Assembly (NCBI RefSeq): GCF_964213995.1 | Contig: NW_027590476.1 | Span: 62,001 to 126,000, forward strand | Source of the DNA: Mustelus asterias | Taxonomy: Eukaryota | Length of the DNA stretch: 64,000 bases | Reading direction: 5' to 3' | In this document: positions 1-12,759 of the stretch, piece by piece | Layout: every line of letters begins with the position of its first letter | How positions within the stretch are numbered: position 1 is the first letter of the stretch | Notes under the pieces: model-generated | The model's input: only the letters and a program-made list of their open reading frames with translations | Database searches by the model: none | What the model was told of the DNA's origin: nothing | Position numbers and translations under genes: made by a program

Positions 1-1259
1 GCCGATGCCCTCTAGTTTTAGACTGCCCTACCACACACAAATAAAGAGCGATCGAGTATAACAAACAGATCATTCTGAAATCTCTTCCCTTTTAAGATAT
101 TTGATTTCATTGAAAAACTGACTGTGGTCAATATCAAATAAGCATCATGGGATGTGTATTACTCAGTGACTTGAATTCATTTGTCGGTCAGTCATGTTTC
201 CATTTCAATGTTGTATATTTCAGAGATATTCAATTCAGAATGAGGACATCGTGTTAATTAAATGTATAGATATTAAATCTTGAATATAAAACAAATAGTG
301 GAACGAGCTGGTTGAAATTATTCAACGGAAGAGGAGAATTATGTATTAATGACTGAGCATATTCTATGATTCTATGATTTACAGCAGAAATCATTGCTCC
401 CTTAGACATTTTCTGGATGAACGCCTTTAAATTTTGAAATTCTAGATAAGTTGAGGAATCACGTTGAAAATAACGGTTGTCTTCTTGTATTGCGGTAGAT
501 GGACTCTAAAAGACACATGAATTGCAGAATCACAACCGCGGTAGGGAACAATATGGAGAAAATGTGGAGGGGGTGAGGGCGATGGAGGAGGAACATTTTT
601 CCGGTTGGATGTTTCTTTTTATTCAATAACGAGATGTGGGTGTAGCTGGTTGTGTCAGCAATATTACCCATCACTTATTGGTTCTTGAGAAGGTGGTGGT
701 AATCTACCTTCTTGAACTGCTGCTGTCTATTGGTTTCGGCGCATCCATAGAGCTCTTGGGGGTGGAGGGTGGCGGGGGCGGGGGGAGGGAGCGGTTCGTT
801 ATTCCAGGACCTTCATAGGACCTTGTCCCAGTGACAGTGAAGGTTCAGCGATATATTTCCAAGTCAGTGTGTTGATTGGCTTGGAGGGGAACTTCCAGAT
901 GGTAGCGGTCTTGGGTTTGAAAGCTGCTCTCTAAGATGCATTTGGTGAGTTCATGCATCATCCAGACAAGTGGAGAATATTTCATCACACTCTTGACCTG
1001 TGCCTTGTAAATGGTGGACAGGTTTTAGAGACTCAGGAGGTGAATTCCTCACCGCAGGATTCCTAGCCTCTGACCTGCTCGTGTTGCCACTGCACGAACT
1101 GATAAAATGTGTGCTGAGCGACAATATGAGCATTTCTTTTTGTGCTCAGTGTGTAGTGGATTTTCAGCACTTTTCTTTTTTTTTTCTGAATGCATCTTGA
1201 GGCATATGTAACAGCTAATGCCATGCGCTTGTAAAATATTCTTTTCAAGTAATATTCAT

Positions 1260-1430
1260 TAAGAAGTCCCACAACACGAACTTAATGTCCAACAGATTTA
1301 TTTGGAATCAGTACCTGATGAAGGTGGAGTGCTCCGAAAGCTCGAAATTCCAAACAAACGTGATAGACTTTAACCTGATGTGAGACTTCTTACTTTGCCC
1401 ACCCAAGTCCAATGCCGGGCATCTCCACCT
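1260..1430. mobile_element. Short Penelope-derived terminal-repeat fragment (degenerate)
   Basis: Resembles the Penelope 3' end at 13377-13470 (AAGTC.CACAACAC...GTCCAACAG.TTTATTTGG; CTGATGAAGG...GCTCCGAAAGCT). Confidence 0.6.
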
Positions 1431-1680
1431 CAAATGATATTCGACAATTGGTCCAGTGAGGGGATTGGTTAGTGGTTGGGCAGTGTTATTGTCTTTAATT
1501 GCAACACGGCAGATTAACTCAGCAACTCAATTCAAGGGCAATTAGGAATGACTGTAAATGAAGAAAGAAAATCACAATGATGGAGCCTATCGTCAGAAGT
1601 AAACAAATAATTTTGACAAAGCTTCTGCCGTATTCTGAAGCGTCGACCCAATATGGAACAACTACTACGAGCTTGCACAC

Positions 1681-1753
1681 GGGCTAGTGGCGCATTGGCT
1701 AACGCGTCTGACTATGGATCAAATGGTTCCAGTTTCGACTTCTGGCTTGCTCG
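1681..1753 (+). pseudogene. tRNA-Arg(ACG)-derived pseudogene
   Basis: GGGCTAGTGGCGCATTGGCTAACGCGTCTGACTATGGATCAAATGGTTCCAGTTTCGACTTCTGGCTTGCTCG aligns over its full length with vertebrate tRNA-Arg-ACG. The anticodon is changed to ATG and there are several stem and T-arm mismatches. Confidence 0.8.
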
Positions 1754-1824
1754 GTGCAACTTTAAAAAAAGTTCACAAGTTCCATGTTACTTTTGATGAC
1801 TGTCTTTAGTAACTTTAGATTGAC

Positions 1825-2168
1825 GGGGCGGCACAGTAGCACAGTGGTTAGCACTGCTGCTTCACAGCTCAAGGGTCCCGGGTTCGATTCCTGGCTCGGG
1901 TCACTGTCTGTGTGGAGTTTGCACATTCTCCTCGTGTCTGCGTGGGTTTCCTCTGGGTGCTCCGGTTTCCTCCCACAGTCCAAAGATGTGCGGGTTAGGT
2001 TGATTGGCCAGGTTAAAAAATTGCCCCTTAGAGTCCTGGGATGCATACGTTAGAGAGATTAGCGGGTAAAATATGTGGGGGTAGGGCCTGGGTGGGATTG
2101 TGGTCGGTGCAGACTCGATGGGCCGAATGGCCTCCTTCTGCACTGTCGGGTTTCTATGATTCTATGAC
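1825..2168 (+). mobile_element. HE1-type V-SINE (tRNA-derived shark SINE)
   Basis: A box (TAGCACAGTGG), B box (GGTTCGATTCC), V-domain core GTGTGGAGTTTGCACATTCTCCTCGTGTCTGCGTGGGTTTCCTC, and a CR1-like tail ending (TTCTATGA)n. Confidence 0.9.
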
Positions 2169-5100
2169 TCAGATAAATGCTGACGAACTTCAGTTTGCTT
2201 CTCTGGAGCGATTTATCTTAGGAAATTGTTTTTCAACAGAAACCGACTATTTAAAGTTAAATTCTACTGAAAGATTAGCCTTATTCATATTTAAACGAGT
2301 TTTTTAACGAACTTTTGCTATATTGTCTGGAAAACATTTTGATAAGTTTAAACTATTTTTTAAAAGGTTGGAGCCGTCTAGAGATGGTATGGAGAAGTTA
2401 TTTTGGAAAATGTTGAAACTAGTTTCCAAAAAGTTGACAAACACTTGTCAAATTCTAGGGAAGAATTTATTTCAAGTCTGTTTAGTGCTAAGAAGTTCAC
2501 AAGATATTTCAGTTCGATAGCAGTTTTTCAAAAGTTGACCAATTCTAGTGAAACCCCATGGAGAAATATCTGTGAATAAGTTTCGTTTTGAAACGTTCAC
2601 AAATTAGCCAGGAGGTCGAGGTGCTGTAATTGTTCTCCAATGAAGCGGAGGAGATTGAGGAGTGAGGCAATCCAGGTGGATGAGATTAGGACAGGTTTTG
2701 CTCAGGTCGATAAAGAAAAGATGTTCCCATTAGCTGGTGGTGCTAAGAGAAGATAGGCTGGGGGTATGGAAGGGGGCATTTTTTTCAGATTATGGGCAAT
2801 GGAGGAGGTGAGGGCGATGGAGGAGGAACATTTTTCCACAGTGAGCACTAAGCATCCAGAACACTTTGCCTACGAGAGTGGTGGACGGGGCTCTTTTAGA
2901 TAAATAGAAATTCTGAGGCCGGAAGGTTGACCTCTTGAGAAAGAAAATGCATCTCCAGGAACACTATGGGGCAGCTAAATGGAACTCCTCGATTCAATTT
3001 AACCTGTAAAGGCACCACTGCTGTGGTGTTTGTTAAGAACCTCGCTGATGTTAAATGTGAGGGTACCCCAAAGTAAAGAACGATTAATTGGAACACCAAT
3101 TTTTAATTGTGGAAATTTTCAATTTGACATAATGTATATCAAAAAGGAAATGAATGAGACATGGTCCAGCCTTGTTGCAAATAATTAATAATAGATAGTT
3201 ATTAAATTTAAGGCAGGCACACAGCAAGAAAGACACTTCAGCATGGCCCTTAACTTCAATAATGACTGCAGACACAAAGTATCTCATGAGGTTGACCCCT
3301 TTTCCCAGCTGTCCAGGTTCCTGACCTCAGAGAACTGCCCCTCTCCCTAACATCATTCGAAATTAGATAATGCAGATTATAGTGACTACCCACGGGTTAT
3401 TTTCCAATTTGAGAAAACCTTCTTCAGTCCAGCATAGCGGTTCCTCTCTGTTAATTATTTTTAAACGGCAGTACATTGCCTTTTTGCAGAGCCTGCTTTC
3501 TCCAGCTGGCTATGGCTTTTGTAGTCGCTATTCCTCTCCTCCTGTACTCAGCTCCCATGGCTATAGTTTCCATTCCTTTTGATGTCATGCTATCTTAATT
3601 ACACCTCTTCATATCAATCCATGGTGACTCACGTACACATTTGTTTTCCTGCTGCATTACTAATTCGCATATCAAAAACCCCTTCAGATAGGTGCACTTT
3701 TTAAAATCCAATTCTTCAATTTGTTTTATCCAAAGTTGAATTTAAATATTTATATTTATAAATATTGTAATGTTCTGGGTCGAAAGTTGGGGGTGGCCTC
3801 CATTCTGAACTGGAGAGGCAGGCCAAGGCCTTGTTCAGGGGAATCCTGACATCTGTACGCCACGTTCTTCGGGCCTGGGTGAAAGATTTTGGACGGAATT
3901 CCGCTGCGAACGAGAGCGGAGAAATTGGTGCTCAGCCAAATCTACGTTTACTGCAGCGGGACCGGAGAAATCCAGCTGTGGTCGAGAAACTCGTGTCATA
4001 GCATTCTGCGTCCACCTGGTGGCAGTTCGACCACAGCTATGTTTTCAGACTGTAGACCTTTTCCATAGCAATGATTTTTAAAGGAGGTCCTCTTCCAGCT
4101 TTTGCTCCACTCGTCAATGCCTCTCGTCACTTTGCACCAGATTGTATTTCTGTTCAAATTGCAGGAAGTCCTCTTTTATTTTGACATGTGAGTAGGCTTC
4201 TGATGATAACAACCAGATCCTGCCTCATATAACACTTCATTGGATCATACTTGTGCTTAACTGACAGTTTGTGTCTGTTGTAAACAATAAAATATATCTT
4301 TACATTTTATTATATGTCCTAGCTAATTAATATTACGCTGGACGTTCTCCCTGCCCACGTGTCCTGAGGCCATTGCCTGATTTCATATTACACTCGACAA
4401 CTTTCCGTTTATACTGTATGGTATCACTCCATGTCTCGATGTAAAGTCAGTTCATCCCTTTTTCATGCATTCCGCTCAACTGTGCCCCTGTTTGTATTAG
4501 AGAAGAATCGGCATCGATAGAACACATCTCTGTCAATGTTACAGTTGGCTAGTTCTTTGATATAAATGCACTGAATTATGCAACGGATTTATTACACTTC
4601 GACTTGATTCATTGCTCTCCCTGTGTTACCCTTCGGCCTGCATTACTTCGTGGACTATAACAAATTATTGTTCATAATGCCTGAGGCCATTCCCAACTGC
4701 TCCTGCACAAGATTCTCTACCTGCTCAGATCGCACCCTGTTTATATCACACTATATGGTGTTATATCTATTGATGTTATACCGTTCAAATGTTTATATTA
4801 CAATCATCCTACCTCAGTTATTAATGCACGCAAATTACCTCAATTTATATTACACTAAGACCCTGCCTCAGCTATGAGTGCACCAGAACATATATCAGTT
4901 TTTAAAAGACTCGGCCCTGCCTCTATTTCTACGACAGTACAGCTTGTCTACATTTCTATTGTATTGGAACTGCTTATGTCATTTGCCGACTTGTCTGTTA
5001 ACTCTGCACCATGTCTTCCTATCTGTGACTTATATCGTTACTGTGTTGTATTGCTGTGCTCTGTTTCTAGCGTGGCAGCTGCTAATATTGTGCTTGGACA

Positions 5101-5461
5101 TGGCTCACTTATTACAGCACAAGACAATGCCACTACTTACGTTAGAACAAGGTGTATCTTGTCAATATTAGTCCCGTCCCTGTCGCAGTTATTACTGGAG
5201 TATACATGTCCGCGCCCCGAGTACACTAGACTCTGTATCAGTCGTTACTGCAGTGCAGAAAATATGTTTTCATCAGTTAGTGCTTTACTCGAATATGTTC
5301 CTGCTAAAATGTATTAGATATTGATTCAGTTTACAATACACAAGGTCTGCCTTCATTATTGAAGCAAGTTACCTTGCATTTATTTATAAAACACTGGATT
5401 ATTTGTCTGTTTATACGACTCTGCTTTCTGTGTCAACTGATACTGCACTAGAACATGACTT

Positions 5462-5788
5462 CAGCACGCACGGACTGCTGCTTCACAGCTCCAGGGTCCC
5501 GGGTTCGATTCCCGGCTCGGGTCACTGTCTGTGTGGAGTTTGCACATTCTCCTCATGTCTGCGTGGGTTTCCTCCGGGTGCTCCGGTTTCCTCCCACAGT
5601 CCAAAGATGTGCGGGTTAGGTTGATTGGCCAGGTTAAAAATTGCCCCTTAGAGTCCTGAGATGCATAGGTTAGAGGGATTAGTAGGTAAATATGTGGGGG
5701 TAGGGCCTGGGTGGGATTGTGGTCGGTGCAGACTCGATGGGCCGAATGGCCTCCTTCTGCACTGTAGGGTTTGTATGATTTCTATGAT
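5462..5788 (+). mobile_element. HE1-type V-SINE
   Basis: Near-identical to 1825-2168, slightly 5' truncated. Confidence 0.9.
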
Positions 5789-6250
5789 ATGTGATCTTTG
5801 TGTTCTAAATTGACGAGCGCTCACTGCGTGTTGCTTGTTTCTATCTTTCATTGAGCCATTACTGCTGTTTGTTCTGAAAAGCGTTTCGGAGCATCAGTGG
5901 AGCGATCGTGTCTCAAAGAAACAAAACTCAGTGTGGGCATGTGTACAAAAAGACTTGCACGTTAGATTCTGGAATATATTGGCAGCACTTTAGAAATAAC
6001 ACCTGTTCAACTTTTCCTGATGTCCTTTCAAATGGGTATAATAGAATATGTGAAGTCTTTGTTGATGTGAATTGTCAGTCTGTCCCCTATACTATGTAAA
6101 TATTGAGATGTACTCTTTTCTCTATTGTATATAATCCAGATGCCTCCTGTAATAGTTAGATTGTGATTGACTTTACTCATTTCCGAAGAGGGAGAGATAT
6201 GCTCGTAATCAATAAAGCGGTTACCTAATGTTTTACATCTTATTTTACAG

Positions 6251-6578
6251 GTAAAATCCAAGGGAATTTGGTTTCACAGTGTCAATCTAAGTTAAAAGTA
6301 TCTGAGGGAGCTAATGTGCAATTGAACTCCAGTTCTGTTGATCCGATCGCTGCTGGTACCGGTTGTACCCGAACCAGCCACTCCAGTTTATATTGTATCG
6401 GGATAACACCAGGCGCAAAAACGCCGATTTTCCCAAAGGTAAATTCGATGCTCAACATTTCAGTCAATAACAGGTTTTCTTTTTGTCAGTTTTTGCATGG
6501 AGACTAAAGACAGCGCCCTCTGTTTCTGTGGATTGAGTATCATGATGGTTCAAACCGGCTGCGACCCGTACAAAAACC
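6251..6578 (+). pseudogene. TCR alpha/delta V pseudogene with decayed RSS
   Basis: After acceptor TTTTACAG: KIQGNLVSQCQSKLKVSEGANVQLN, then in other frames WYRLYPNQPLQFILYRD...KGKFDAQ* and TKDSALCFCGLS. Frameshifts and a stop. RSS is CATGATG, 22 nt, ACAAAAACC (6541-6578). Confidence 0.8.
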
Positions 6579-7856
6579 TTGACAAAAACACAACGAAGAC
6601 AGGGGGATCAGCAAAGGCATCTTCCAACCTTGAAAAATAAAATCCCTCGTTTATATAATGATTAAGAAAACTAACAGTTTTGTTCTGACAAATTGTTGTC
6701 AAGGATTATAAACATCAGTTACGCTTAGTGAATAGAGAAACTGAATTTGTTCCCTTGGAAACGAGAAGTTTCACGTGAATTTAAAATGAAGTGTCAAAAT
6801 TAATGAAAGGATTTTAAATAATATATGACGAGGAATTATTTACATGGGCAGCAGGGACGACAATGAGAAGATGCTGATTAAAGATAATCGGTCAATAGAA
6901 ATGCTGGAGAAATTTATGATTATGTTCAAAGAGCGCCGTTATGATCTGCAAAACACTGCCTGAAAGACTGGTGGAAGCATATGCAGTGATAAATAATTGG
7001 GCGCATGTTGGAAAAAGACCAAAGTAGAGGACAAAGGATATGTATCTGATCTGAAGGAATAGCTCTTGCAGACTAGAAGTACAAACAACTTAGCCGAATG
7101 CCTTCCTTCTGTGTCGTTTTATCCCGTGATTCGATAAATCATATCCAATCCTAACTCCGGCATAAACAACCGTTCCTGCTGCTGTCTCTCGTTCAAAATC
7201 CTAAAAGTGCGTCCAGAATCACAGTTGGAAGCACCTTCAACATTCACACTGGCGTGGTACTCAGGATGAGACCACAACGAAATTATGTGAGGTTCGCGAT
7301 GGACAATAAATTGTGGTCTTGCTATAATCGACGACAACTAGAGAAGAGATAGAAGCAGACAAAAATATATAGCACCTTATGAGAATCAGCACATAATTTC
7401 TTCCTCGGTTTGCATAATTCATTCTTTCATTTTTATTCGTGTCTTGTCTGCTCTATTTCAGGCCGGTTGCCTCTCTGCCAGTTTCTCTCATTTTCATTTC
7501 TTTGCATCTATAATGAAGTTCAATGACAGATTACATGGCCAAATGTTATATTTTCTGAAAACGTAGCGTGAGGAGGGAAGGGGCGAGGCTGAATTCCAAA
7601 CACAAGCCCTGCCCAGAGCAGTGAAGCGGTGTAACAGGAGCGAGAGAGAATATATCTGACCAGTCATCACTCTTGTTAACATGCTGCTACCCAGTTACCG
7701 CATTGCTAGTTTATATTGGTAAACGATTTCCCGAGGCTCTTCCTCTCCTTCTGTTTTAGCTTTCTGTACAACAGTCGCTTAATTTAAAGGATCGCAATAG
7801 TAAATATATCCATATCTTCACACATGCGATTCAAGGAGATCACTGGCCAAGAAATA

Positions 7857-8338
7857 ATGGTGTTCTTCTGTTTTTGTCATCTGGTTATATTGTGGCTGTT
7901 GTTCGGTAGGTAACACCATCACTTCTTATCTGCTGGCAGTATTGTGATGTTAATGGACTCGCCTCTCAGTGTTACGTTAAAGCTTTCCTTATACTTTATT
8001 CAGGGCTGATTCAAGCAGATTCTCTGTCGCAACCTCAGACTGAACTGTATATTACTGAAGGAGATAGAATGAAAATGGACTGCAGCTACACGACAAGTCA
8101 CAGGTATCCCTTTCTTTATTGGTACAGACAGCAGAGTGACAAGGCTCCGCATTTTATTTTGTACCGAGATAGAAGCAACAGAAGAGACGCAGGTTTTGCC
8201 ACGGGAAATTTCGAGGCCGACCAGACGAATGCAGAAAATTATTTTCCTTTAACGATTACTCGAGCAGAAATCCAAGATATCGCTGTCTATCTCTGCGTGT
8301 AGAGAGACACAGAGGTCATCTATCGCTGTACAAAACCT
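7857..8338 (+). pseudogene. TCR alpha/delta V segment, probably non-functional
   Basis: Leader exon 7857-7905 (MVFFCFCHLVILWLLF, GT donor, phase 1). V exon 8004-8307 reads DSLSQPQ...MDCSY...LYWYRQ...DIAVYLCV* with TAG two codons after Cys104. RSS is CACAGAG (8308-8314), only a 15-nt spacer, ACAAAACCT. Confidence 0.85.
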
Positions 8339-9287
8339 CATTAAACAGAACTGGCACAGGTGGTGTCGCCAGTTCAAGTTCTATCTGCGGTTCCGTGTCA
8401 ACTGTTACATTTCTTAGTTCAATCGCCTCTTATTCAGGAAGCTGTGGGCTCGGGGCTCCCTTCAGAGACCTGAGCGCACATTCCACTGCCACTTACACTG
8501 CCAGTACTAATGGAGTCCAAGCGTCTCCGCAGTGGATTGCTCAGATAAACTACTATTTGAGGCTCCGCCTGCCCTTTCTGGAGGATCTTAAACATTTCAG
8601 CGCACCAGCCTCTAAAGCAAGGCAGTTGTCTACAACATTCAAACCTCAGTCGACAAGCTGCAACAGATGACCACGTGACGTGGGATCGTACTCTGTTCAT
8701 AGCGACTCTTTCCTACATTACAATAGTCACTGCACTTCAGATTTATTTCATTTTTATTGTGCGCAGGTTGGATGTACTCGGCCATCCTTCTCTGTCTGTC
8801 ATTGTTGGCAGCAATAGTAAATAATGCAACTTGCGGGCCTGCACACATCCTTTTCAGTTTCCCACTCAACACTCGCCCAAACAATGCCAATTGCCTGACT
8901 GGGCCTCAGGCCGGCCCTGGGGCGCTGACTTTTCAAACAACCAAACTGAGATTTCTGTACCAATCCTAGGAGAAAACTTGAGTTCAGTCCTCTAAAATGT
9001 CCCTAATTCCTCGCGTGCAACATTTGACTGGATTCCAAACAGCTTTCCTTCACTTTTAACGTCAATTGTGGCATGAACATGCACAAGCTCTCTCCTCCAT
9101 CTTCTCCTCATCCATCTTTTACACAAGAGCGTTTTTAATGACCTCGTTGCTGTTCCTTCAGCGGACAGAGAAAGCCACAGGATGTCAATTATACCAATCA
9201 GGAAAAAAGCCTGATGAACTATATGAGTTCAACCGAATTTTATCTGGCTGTTTACAAACATGAGCATTTGTAAACATGACTGGAAGT

Positions 9288-9467
9288 TCACAGCTGCGTT
9301 CACCATTTAAATCCTTGAATTTAATTTGAAGTATGGGCGTGGCCTAATTTACCAGTGTTCGGGTCTGAAGTATTTCAATTCAGCCCTGAGGTCCAGTCTC
9401 CCAGAGCAGTCCAGCTCTACAGTCTCAGTTCCCAGTCATATAAACCTCAGTTCCAGGCGGCAGAGCG
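9288..9467 (+). promoter_or_regulatory. NAR-TCR V promoter
   Basis: CATTTAAAT, GC box GGGCGTGG and TATAAA (9439-9444) upstream of the ATG. The same motifs are kept in the inverted copy at ~21133-21315. Confidence 0.6.
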
Positions 9468-9945
9468 ATGGGAATCCTTCTTGTTTTCACCGTGTGTGCC
9501 TATTTACCCCGTGAGTACCGATCAAACTAACCCACATTGTGTGGATTGAACATAATGCCCCAGTCCATCTCAATTACAGACACTGTCTGGGGTTTAGCCC
9601 CGTTGTGCGGTTCGGCTCTGATTGTCCATTAAACTCTCTGTGCTTAATTTCCAGGATGTTTCAGTCAGTCAGTGACTCAAAGCCCGGCAGCGGCGACCAG
9701 GAAGGAGTGTCAGTCTCTCACCATCACCTGTGTTTTCAATGGTGTTTACGATTTAGAAAATGGCCATTTCTTCAGACAAACCCAAACTGGGACAGAGCGG
9801 GAGCGGATCTCCAGCGGAGGGAGGTTTGTTGTGTCGGTGAATGAAGCAGAAAAGACATTTTCGCTGGAAATTCGGGACATGAGAATTGAAGACACCGCCA
9901 CCTATTACTGTAAAGCTCAGCACTGGTACTACGCACATGGGACAC
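9468..9945 (+). CDS. NAR-TCR V segment (VNAR-like N-terminal domain), intact, with a D-like 3' tail
   Basis: Leader exon 9468-9510 (MGILLVFTVCAYLP, GTGAGT). V exon 9655-9945: QSVTQSPAAATRKECQSLTITCVF...FFRQTQTGTERERISSGGRFVVSVNEAEKTFSLEIRDMRIEDTATYYCKAQHWYYAHGT. VNAR-type CDR2 deletion and an extra FR1 Cys. RSS is CACAGTG, 12 nt, ACAAATACT (9946-9973). Confidence 0.9.
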
Positions 9946-10343
9946 CACAGTGGAAGAGAGGAGAACAAATACTTAAATATTTCTGAACAAGCGAAGCAAT
10001 AATTTCCAGGACACGGACCACAGCTTGTCGGGTTGTTGTTATTATCGTTGCAACATGATTTCATTTCGTTGTAATTTCCTCCCTTCAGTTATCTTTCTTT
10101 AACTTTTTTATTCCATTTCTACGAAGCGTCCATCTCCGCTCCGTTCCTGGGCCGTTTTGCCAAGAGTTCAGAGTGTCCCAAGGAACAGTTTGTTCCAATG
10201 GGAATTATAAAACTATCATACTTCATTATTGATCTATAACCCCTGAATAATTGATAAACGCTGACTATTCGGTATTTTTTTCCCCATCAGTTTGAGGTGT
10301 CAGTCATTCTTGTACTGGGCTGACTGAGAGTGCGGACACCGTG

Positions 10344-10396
10344 GGGAGAGTGGAGATTTACAGATGGGTCTGGGACGGTGGTGACTGTCTCAGCTG
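10344..10396 (+). CDS. NAR-TCR J segment
   Basis: Reads GEWRFTDGSGTVVTVSA followed by a phase-1 GTAAGT donor. Preceded by a 23-RSS: CATTCTTGT, 23 nt, CACCGTG (10305-10343). The DGxGT motif is IgNAR-like. Confidence 0.88.
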
Positions 10397-12453
10397 GTAA
10401 GTGACTCCAAATCCCCCCGTGTTGCAGAATGTCTTGGTTCGTTTTCGCCGTCAGTTCATTCTTGTAGTCTGCCTCTCTTCAATCCTCTGTGACTACAATA
10501 GCAGCGTGGGGGAAGGGGGGTTTCTGTGGAAGATTTTCAATTGCAGTTTTAGATTTGGGAGCATAATAGGAAACTGGAGTCGGGTCCACATTTTGAAGCT
10601 ATGACTTCTGTCCTAGTGTCAACTTTGATTCCCTCTGTGGCTCTTACGAAGGGTCATCCCGACTGGAAACGTTGACTCTATTCTGTCTCCACAGATGCTG
10701 TCAGACCTGTTGAGGTTTGCCAACATTTTTCAGTTTTTGTTGTTGATATAAATCTTTAGCATTAATTTATAGGTTCATTAATGTACGTGTGGAGAAAACG
10801 ATTCAGATTAAAGAAACATTTAATATAATGCCAGTGAGATAAAAGAAAAAGAAATTAGGAGGCATGTGGAGGGCGCTACCACATGGAGTGGTTGCAGTAA
10901 ATGGCGTAAGGAATTTTTCTGACGGCGTGAAAAATCGAGGAGGGAGAAGGACACAGTGCTCAGTGTACACAGGTTTCGTTAGGGATCGAGTGTGAGAGGG
11001 ACGTAGGTACGTGTGCAGTGCAAGGACAAGTGTACTGTGAGCCGACTGGCCTACTTCTGTTCTGTAGAGTCTATATAATATAAAATACAGAGAGGATTCT
11101 GCCCAGAAAGCATGGGGAACAATCAACCAATGGGTGGAATGAATTGAAAATCTCAAGCACCTTGAAAAGGCAATTTTCACAGTGAGTAACAGTGAGCAAG
11201 TCAATCGGGGAAACTGAGCATGCTGATCTCAACTGATATTGGAGAGTGTATGGGACAGGTTCTCATGGTGGCAAGAAATCGCAAGCAGCACAAAGAGAAC
11301 AACTCAGATTTAGAAATCCACTGGTATTAACTGAAAATCATTCTAATATATAATATAAATTGTAGAATCGATGGACGAAACTGTGCAAAGAGTTAAACGG
11401 TAGTCAAAGGTTGATCTTTGACACAGATATGCAATATCATTTTCGCATAATTAGTTTCGCTGGGCGAGTATGACCATCTTCGCCTGAATCTTGATGTGAC
11501 CCAGGATATAAAAAGGTAGGGTTACTCTCAGTCAATCAACTCTGGACAGCAATTGTTATAGTGAGAAAAGTGAACTTTCATGTAATTTCCTCAGGTTTGT
11601 AAATCGCCAATATACACAGAAGCAGACACTAAATATAAAACATAAAATGAGAAACCGGAAAAGGACATCATTCTGACCAAGTGGCGATTCTTTGCAGGTG
11701 CTACTGAACTTTACCTATGTTACCTTCCTACTCTTCAAAACCACCGGAATTCTAATCTGATTCTGTATGTTTCTTCCATTTGCGGTTTTAAAATGAGTGC
11801 TGAATATGTTCCCAAAATAACATCTCCAAAGGATCCAATTGAGCAAAATTCGCTGTGTGATAAAATAAAAATCATCTAAATATTTGCCCCTCGCTCTTTT
11901 GCCATTTGTTCAATTCATTCTCGGGATGTGGGTGTTCCTAATTGCCTTTGAACTGGGTGGCTTGTGAAGCCCATTTAGAGGGCATTTAAGAGGCAACCAT
12001 ATTGTTGTGGACCTGGAGTCACATGGCGGCCAGACCAGATACGAATGGCAGATTTTCTTCCCGAAAGGACCTTCGAGAAACAGATGTGGTTTTAACGACA
12101 AGTGGCAATGGTTCCATGGTCATCATTAGACATTGCTTCAACATGTTTTTTTTATTGAATTAATTCAAGATTGAATTGAAATTCAAATTTCACCATCGGC
12201 CGTGGTACCGTTCGTACCCGCGTCCCCAGGGCATTCCGTGGATTACTAAATCTCTGGATTAACTAATCCAGTGACAATACCACTATGGCACCGTCTCCTC
12301 AATTATAGTTAATACATGTCGAACACCCTTCAATGAAACAATTGCGGCAAAATGGTCAGCTATTGACGCGATTATATTTCCCCGGGCAAACTAACATGCA
12401 ACGCAGGTAATGGCATCATAGAAATATTGTGCATTATTTTATTGGTTCTGCAG

Positions 12454-12759
12454 AATCCAGTTCATCTGTGGCACAGAATTCGTCTCTCCAAACGTGTGCT
12501 GCTGGCGACACCATTACTTTAAACTGCGAATATCAGGGATGTTGTCAACACACACTGTACTGGTACCGTCACTCTCCAGGACAAACCCCAAAATACCTGC
12601 TTAAGAGACACACATCAGGCGAGGAGAGCAAAGAAAACGCTGCCGGGGCGAGAATTTCTGCTTTTGTCGACCCAGTCGAAAAAATCAGCTGGTTAATGAT
12701 CTCCAAGCTGCAATTGAGCGACTCCGCTGTGTATTACTGTGCACTGAGTCGGCACACAG
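12454..12759 (+). CDS. TRDV: Supporting TCR-delta V of NAR-TCR (leaderless), intact
   Basis: Phase-1 acceptor TTCTGCAG is in frame with the J donor at 10397. Reads SSSVAQNSSLQTCAAGDTITLNCEYQGCCQHTLYWYRH...LSDSAVYYCALSRHT, with CDR1 cysteines. No leader exon seen. 23-RSS at 12760-12798. Confidence 0.9.

Noticed and set aside
1681-1753. Functional tRNA with an ATG anticodon
   Set aside because: Multiple stem and B-box mismatches; best explained as CpG decay of tRNA-Arg(ACG).
9946-9984. Reading the NAR V RSS as a 23-RSS
   Set aside because: The nonamer would be AATATTTCT. The 12-nt register gives ACAAATACT, and the paralogue has a perfect ACAAAAACC at 12.
10031-10058. GGTTGTTGT as the nonamer of a hidden D segment
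   Set aside because: No heptamer at 12 or 23 nt and no second flanking RSS.
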